From Candidatus Binatia bacterium (GTDB taxonomy: Bacteria > Desulfobacterota > Binatia > Bin18): a stretch of 64,000 bases of DNA. The DNA lies in contig CAXXHG010000047.1 of the NCBI GenBank assembly GCA_963666315.2, positions 1 to 64,000 of the forward strand, in the 5' to 3' direction. The position numbers and the translations under genes were made by a program. The notes beneath the pieces were generated by a model that searched no databases, was not told where the DNA came from, and worked only from the letters and a program-made list of their open reading frames with translations. Shown here in pieces: positions 59,485-64,000 of this stretch (positions are counted from its first letter, which is position 1; each line of letters begins with the position of its first letter).

Positions 59485-60545
59485 TGATCCGCTAGGCCCT
59501 TCAAAATAACATCCGGCAGTGTCTCCAGCTTCCCGACTCCAAGCAGATAATGCTCCGGCTGAAGAAACGTACGATCAATAACTTTCCAAAGAGATTCTTT
59601 CTCAAGCCGACACTTTTGAAGATTGTATTCCAGTGCGCTAATACCTGCCGGGTTGGCAATACAGTCGCCTGAGAACTGGACTTCGCCGATTACGTTTTCT
59701 GGAGTGACTGAGAAACGGATTTGCAATTGTCCGAGGGGAGTTGCCGTTGTCGCAACACAAGAGAGATCAGATCGGACTGAGCGTTCTTCCAGCCAGCGGG
59801 CCGCCGATTTTTTCTGAGTAAGAGATTCTATGGCTCGCTGCTCAGCTGCGCTGAGGTCCTGATCGTTCAGCTCCAAACTAAACTGGCCGAACTGCTGAGC
59901 AAAACCGCTACGGAGTAAATCTATTACTTGCGGTATGGAAGCGGCCTTGCCTCCTGTGTTTTCCAAATTGGCTATTTGGTCTGGCATAAAGAGCTGACAT
60001 GGCAGCGTCCCGTGCGGATCGACCCGATCGAGCAAGTGGGGCAGCAGGCTCATATCCCGTTGGACAAACAGCCCGCCTTCGAATAACAATGCACCGTTAT
60101 CCTCGGTCACAAACGAAATCCAGCCAACGGGTAGCCGACGGATAGTGAGAAAATCACGACCGGGATAAAAGACCTCGACGCCGTTTGTTTTGAGGCCGTG
60201 TAAGACTCCGCGTACGTAGCGATTGAGAATCTGAAACGGGGCGAGGTGATACGGATCGTCAGAGAATAAAGCTGAACGATGGGGGAGGATCAGAGAGAAT
60301 TGGACGAATCCGTGACCGCTGGGAAAAACGCGCCCGCCAGTCAGACGGCGAGTCGTGCTGATCGTTGTGTTTTCGGCGAAGGCGTCGATTGCGTGATAGC
60401 GGCCAAGCAGAACGACATCGCCTGGATACGTATACAGGCGTAAGATCGGCGTCCGCGTGCTGCCTATCGTTTGGAGAAAATACTGATCGATCGCCACACT
60501 CTGGGCCGGAGAAAGATCGAATTGTGTCAAAAAACGGGTCTGCAT
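59481..60545 (-). CDS. Lipoate-protein ligase A family protein (atypical)
   Basis: AIDQ, PILRLY, VLLGRYH, RRLTGG, C-terminal V.FSGD domain; start uncertain (up to 60602). Confidence 0.8.
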   Translation of the reverse strand: MQTRFLTQFDLSPAQSVAIDQYFLQTIGSTRTPILRLYTYPGDVVLLGRYHAIDAFAENTTISTTRRLTGGRVFPSGHGFVQFSLILPHRSALFSDDPYHLAPFQILNRYVRGVLHGLKTNGVEVFYPGRDFLTIRRLPVGWISFVTEDNGALLFEGGLFVQRDMSLLPHLLDRVDPHGTLPCQLFMPDQIANLENTGGKAASIPQVIDLLRSGFAQQFGQFSLELNDQDLSAAEQRAIESLTQKKSAARWLEERSVRSDLSCVATTATPLGQLQIRFSVTPENVIGEVQFSGDCIANPAGISALEYNLQKCRLEKESLWKVIDRTFLQPEHYLLGVGKLETLPDVILKGLADQ

Positions 60546-60648
60546 CAGCACGCAGCATAAGCGAGGGAAAGGAAGCCAGCAAGAGTTCGCTGCAAGGGAC
60601 AAAGGGTTCCATTGCTTTACCCCTCATCGTTCGGGTAAGATTCGTGAC

Positions 60649-61812
60649 GTGGAAGATCTCTGGGAACGTGCTGAAGAAATTTTAGCCTCCGGCAAACCGT
60701 TTGTTTTAGCCACCATTATCCGTACACGTGGATCAGTCCCACGTGAAGTTGGCGCCAAAATGGTCATCCCGCCCGACGGACAGCCGTTTGGAACCATTGG
60801 TGGCGGGTGTGGGGAAGGCGAAGTCCTGCGCCGCGCCTATCCAGTTCTCGACCAAAACCTGCCGCCGCGTATTGTCCAGGTTGATCTCACGGGCGATTTC
60901 GACCAGGACGAAATCCAGGTCTGTGGTGGTTTGATGGACGTCGCCCTCGATCTGTGGCAGCCGGATGAACATCGCGAACTCGCCCGGACGTTGGCCCAGG
61001 CTGCCCATGCTCGTCGTCCGGTGGCTTTGGTGACGGCGCTCAATGCTGTCCGTGATGTACGACCCGGAACAAAAAGCTGTCTGTCTCTCGACCCAAGTGG
61101 CGCGTCTCTCTCACCAGATGTCCCAATTGCACAGGAAACAGTCGAAATTTTTTCTGCGTCAGTTTCTGCCGGGAAACCACAACTCTTTGCCGTCGCACCA
61201 AACGGTGAAGTATTTGAAGACGCTCTAGCTCGTAAGGAAGACTGGCCGCGCGTTTTTGTGGATGTCCAGGCCGGGCTGCAGACCTTACTCATCGTTGGTG
61301 CGGGCCACATTGCTCAGCCGTTATGTGAAATAGGTTCCATGCTGGGCTTTCATACTGTCGTGGTGGACGACCGCTGGGCGTTTGCCAATCGTGAACGCTT
61401 TCCCCGCGCGGCAGACATTCGAGTCGGGCCGTATGATGACGTGCTCAACAGCCTCGATATTAACGACCAGACTATGGCCGTTGTTGTGACGCGTGGGCAT
61501 GTGTGGGATGAAGCCGCGGTCAAGATCGTGCTCAAAAAGAAACCGGCCTATATCGGTATGATCGGGAGTCGGCGCCGGGCAAAGCAGACGCTCGAACGCC
61601 TGGTTGAACAGGGCTATAGCCCGGAAGACCTGAGCCGGGTGCATACGCCCTTGGGACTCGATATTGCGGCCGAAACCCCAGCTGAGATTGCGGTTGCGAT
61701 TGCTGCTGAGATTGTACGCGCGCGTCGCAACGGTCCGGCTGATACGCTCTCGTTGGCAGCCAAGGCTCGTCCCAGCGGGTCGCTCAAGTTCACGGGCTCT
61801 CACCGTTCATGA
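60649..61812 (+). CDS. xdhC: XdhC/CoxI family molybdenum cofactor chaperone
   Basis: GSVPREVGAKM, GTIGGGC.E, CGG, GAGHIA, YIGMIGS, PLGLDI.AETPAEIA. Confidence 0.95.
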   Translation: MEDLWERAEEILASGKPFVLATIIRTRGSVPREVGAKMVIPPDGQPFGTIGGGCGEGEVLRRAYPVLDQNLPPRIVQVDLTGDFDQDEIQVCGGLMDVALDLWQPDEHRELARTLAQAAHARRPVALVTALNAVRDVRPGTKSCLSLDPSGASLSPDVPIAQETVEIFSASVSAGKPQLFAVAPNGEVFEDALARKEDWPRVFVDVQAGLQTLLIVGAGHIAQPLCEIGSMLGFHTVVVDDRWAFANRERFPRAADIRVGPYDDVLNSLDINDQTMAVVVTRGHVWDEAAVKIVLKKKPAYIGMIGSRRRAKQTLERLVEQGYSPEDLSRVHTPLGLDIAAETPAEIAVAIAAEIVRARRNGPADTLSLAAKARPSGSLKFTGSHRS

Positions 61813-62423
61813 TCTCCGGTATTGTCCTGGCGGCTGGTGAGTCGCGGCGTATGGGCTCGCCCAAAGCGCTGCTCGACTACCAGGGACGGACCTTTATTGA
61901 GAATATCTGTGATGCATTTGTGACTGCTGGAGTAGACGAATTGATCGTGGTTCTCGGAGCGCATGAACATGAGGAGAAAATCCGCGCCGCCGTGCCGGAC
62001 CATCGTATGCTCCAGGTTACGCTGAATCCACGCCATCGACTTGGGCAATTATCGTCGCTCATGGCCGGCATTCATGCCCTGTCGTCCGAAAGCGAGGCGG
62101 CGGTTGTGAATCTGGTGGACCATCCTCTGGTGAAGGCAGAGACGATACAAGCGCTTATATCGTCATTTCGCGCAGACCCACTGCCCATTATTATCGCGTC
62201 GTATCAAGGCCGACGGGGACATCCGGTCCTATTCTCTAGTCTCGTATATGAAGAAATTCTGGCCGTACCGCTGGATCAAGGCGCCAAAGTAGTTGTCAGA
62301 AAAGACCCCGATCGCGTCCGTGAAGTCTGCCTCGACGATCCGGGTATCCGAGCTGATATTGATACTCCCCAAGCATACGCCCAGTGGGTGGATGTCACAA
62401 AAAAACAGCACGGGAATCACTGA
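61809..62423 (+). CDS. mocA: Molybdenum cofactor cytidylyltransferase-like nucleotidyltransferase
   Basis: LAAGESRRMGSPKALL, LVDHP, GHPVLF, DIDTP; context next to xdhC. Confidence 0.88.
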   Translation: MISGIVLAAGESRRMGSPKALLDYQGRTFIENICDAFVTAGVDELIVVLGAHEHEEKIRAAVPDHRMLQVTLNPRHRLGQLSSLMAGIHALSSESEAAVVNLVDHPLVKAETIQALISSFRADPLPIIIASYQGRRGHPVLFSSLVYEEILAVPLDQGAKVVVRKDPDRVREVCLDDPGIRADIDTPQAYAQWVDVTKKQHGNH

Positions 62424-62533
62424 GAATCCTTGTGAGAACCCTTGCACTCCCCGGCGCTTTTATATAAAGATTCAGGAGTCTACGAGAGATAAATAGATTT
62501 CCCAATGCGGATTATTAGGAAAAGGAGGAGACC

Positions 62534-63403
62534 TTGCACGAACTGACGTATGAAGCGCCGACTTCGCTCGATCAGGCCATCAGTCTGTTGGCTGCGGCGG
62601 GTGAAAATGGGCGTCTGTTAGCTGGAGGCACGGATCTGATTATCCAGATGCGTGCTGGCGTACGACAACCGGGACAGGTGATAGACGCCAAAAAGATCCC
62701 AGAACTCCAAACGCTGTCCTTTGACGCCCAGAATGGACTCCGTCTCGGGGCTGCACTGGCCTGCTGTAAGATCATCGAAGATGCAACCGTGCAGCAGCAA
62801 TATCCGGGGCTGGTTGAGGCCTCTGGCCTCATTGGTTCCGACCAAATTCTCGCCCGGGCATCGGTTGGCGGAAATGTGTGTAATGGATCGCCCGCAGCGG
62901 ATACAACCCCGGCGCTGATAGCCCTAAGCGCCGTGTGCCATATAGCCGGACCCAATGGGACCCGTGACGTTCCGGTTGAAGATTTTGTGACCGCTCCCGG
63001 CCAAACGGTGCTTGCACCCAATGAACTCCTCGTAGAACTTCGGATTCCCGCGCTGCAAGGAAAGGCGGCTGATTGTTATCAACGTTTTATTCCCCGCAAT
63101 GAAATGGATATTGCCGTCGTCGGCGTAGGTTCCTGTGTTGCCCTTGATGGAGACATCTGTACGGCCGCGCGCATTGGTCTGGGTGCGGTTGCCGCACGCC
63201 CCCTCTTTGCCAAAGAGGTAGGAGATTCCCTGGTGGGCAAGCCGTTGAATGACGAGACTATAGCTGCGGCGGCAAAGCTTGCTCAGCAAGCGGCCTCGCC
63301 CATTGACGATATGCGCGGCACGGCGGAGTTTCGGACCCATCTGGTCGGCGTCCTCACCCGGCGCACCCTGAAGGAAGCGGCCGCACGCGCTCGCGCACGG
63401 TAG
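62534..63403 (+). CDS. Xanthine/CO dehydrogenase family FAD-binding subunit (CoxM-like)
   Basis: LAGGTDL, ASVGGNVCNGSPAAD, PIDDMRG. Confidence 0.95.
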   Translation: MHELTYEAPTSLDQAISLLAAAGENGRLLAGGTDLIIQMRAGVRQPGQVIDAKKIPELQTLSFDAQNGLRLGAALACCKIIEDATVQQQYPGLVEASGLIGSDQILARASVGGNVCNGSPAADTTPALIALSAVCHIAGPNGTRDVPVEDFVTAPGQTVLAPNELLVELRIPALQGKAADCYQRFIPRNEMDIAVVGVGSCVALDGDICTAARIGLGAVAARPLFAKEVGDSLVGKPLNDETIAAAAKLAQQAASPIDDMRGTAEFRTHLVGVLTRRTLKEAAARARAR

Positions 63404-63482
63404 TAGTGCGTACGTGCCCGACGATAGTGCCACGCGCACGATAGCCATATTCTAGTGATGTTTTGGGGAAGGCAGGAAAAGC

Positions 63483-63959
63483 ATGAAGAAAGTACATGTT
63501 CAAATAACTTTAAATGGAGAAGAGACCGAGTTTTTGTGTGAACCGCGTCAGAGTTTGCTCGAAGTGTTGCGTGACGTCCTCGGCTATACGGGCACAAAAG
63601 AGGGCTGTCTGACGGGCGACTGTGGCGCGTGTAGCGTCATCATGGACGGCCGGCCCATCGACTCGTGTCTCGTACTTGGGATCGAGGCGGAAGGCAAAGA
63701 GATTACGACCGTGGAAGGCTTGGCTGACGGAGATACGCTGCATCCGCTGCAAAAGAAGTTTCTTGAGCATGCGGCTCTCCAGTGCGGGATCTGTACGCCT
63801 GGCTTTCTGGTCACGTCCAAGGCGCTGCTCGACCGTAATCCCAATCCCACCGAACACGAAATACGTTACGCCCTGGCCGGCAATCTCTGCCGCTGCACAG
63901 GCTATGACAAAATTGTGAGAGCGGTCCAGGATGCCGCTTCTCAGATGCAAGGGAGGTAA
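63483..63959 (+). CDS. Xanthine/CO dehydrogenase family 2Fe-2S subunit (CoxS-like)
   Basis: GTKEGC..GDCGACSV, QCGICTPG, GNLCRCTGY. Confidence 0.96.
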   Translation: MKKVHVQITLNGEETEFLCEPRQSLLEVLRDVLGYTGTKEGCLTGDCGACSVIMDGRPIDSCLVLGIEAEGKEITTVEGLADGDTLHPLQKKFLEHAALQCGICTPGFLVTSKALLDRNPNPTEHEIRYALAGNLCRCTGYDKIVRAVQDAASQMQGR

Positions 63960-63961
63960 TT

Positions 63962-64000
63962 ATGGCAGCCCGGCAAGAACACAAGTTTAAGGTCATTGGG
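63962..64000 (+). CDS. Start of the molybdopterin-binding large subunit (CoxL-like), truncated by the window edge
   Basis: GGAGG RBS, MAARQEHKFKVIG, position after coxMS. Confidence 0.7.
   Translation, partial: MAARQEHKFKVIG

Noticed and set aside
62534-64000. Calling coxMSL a true aerobic CO dehydrogenase
   Set aside because: The large-subunit active-site motif is outside the window, so the substrate cannot be assigned.

Overview
Bacterial chromosomal window of moderately high GC. Gene content (two DUF1329 proteins, several LLM/F420 oxidoreductases, many acyl-CoA enzymes, CoxMSL-type molybdoenzyme, Pcs) resembles Binatia/'Entotheonella'-type deltaproteobacterial lineages; this placement is inference. 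Left to right: cobalamin riboswitch-btuF-cobQ; a decayed mosaic of phage/satellite and gene fragments (2.4-6.7 kb) ending in a folD 5' scar; ispG and mixed transport/metabolic genes; a TetR-DUF1329 cassette; a linalool dehydratase-like pseudogene; an acyl-CoA/F420 catabolic cluster with an Ltp2-like thiolase and DUF35; an ECF sigma/anti-sigma operon; coaE, ferredoxin, ADP-forming acyl-CoA synthetase, ribE, pcs, mltA and a core methionine synthase; a second phage-like islet with a hairpin-rich element between direct repeats; a HEAT plus atypical lipoate ligase pair; and xdhC-mocA-coxM-coxS-coxL. No rRNA, tRNA or CRISPR array was seen. The main leads are a 52-aa IF1/zeta-like ATPase-inhibitor-like peptide, two gene-fusion scars (BtuF-ChlD, FolD-phage), an LplA homologue apparently lacking its catalytic Lys, and recurrent short tandem duplications. 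All family calls are from motif recognition by eye; no searches were run.
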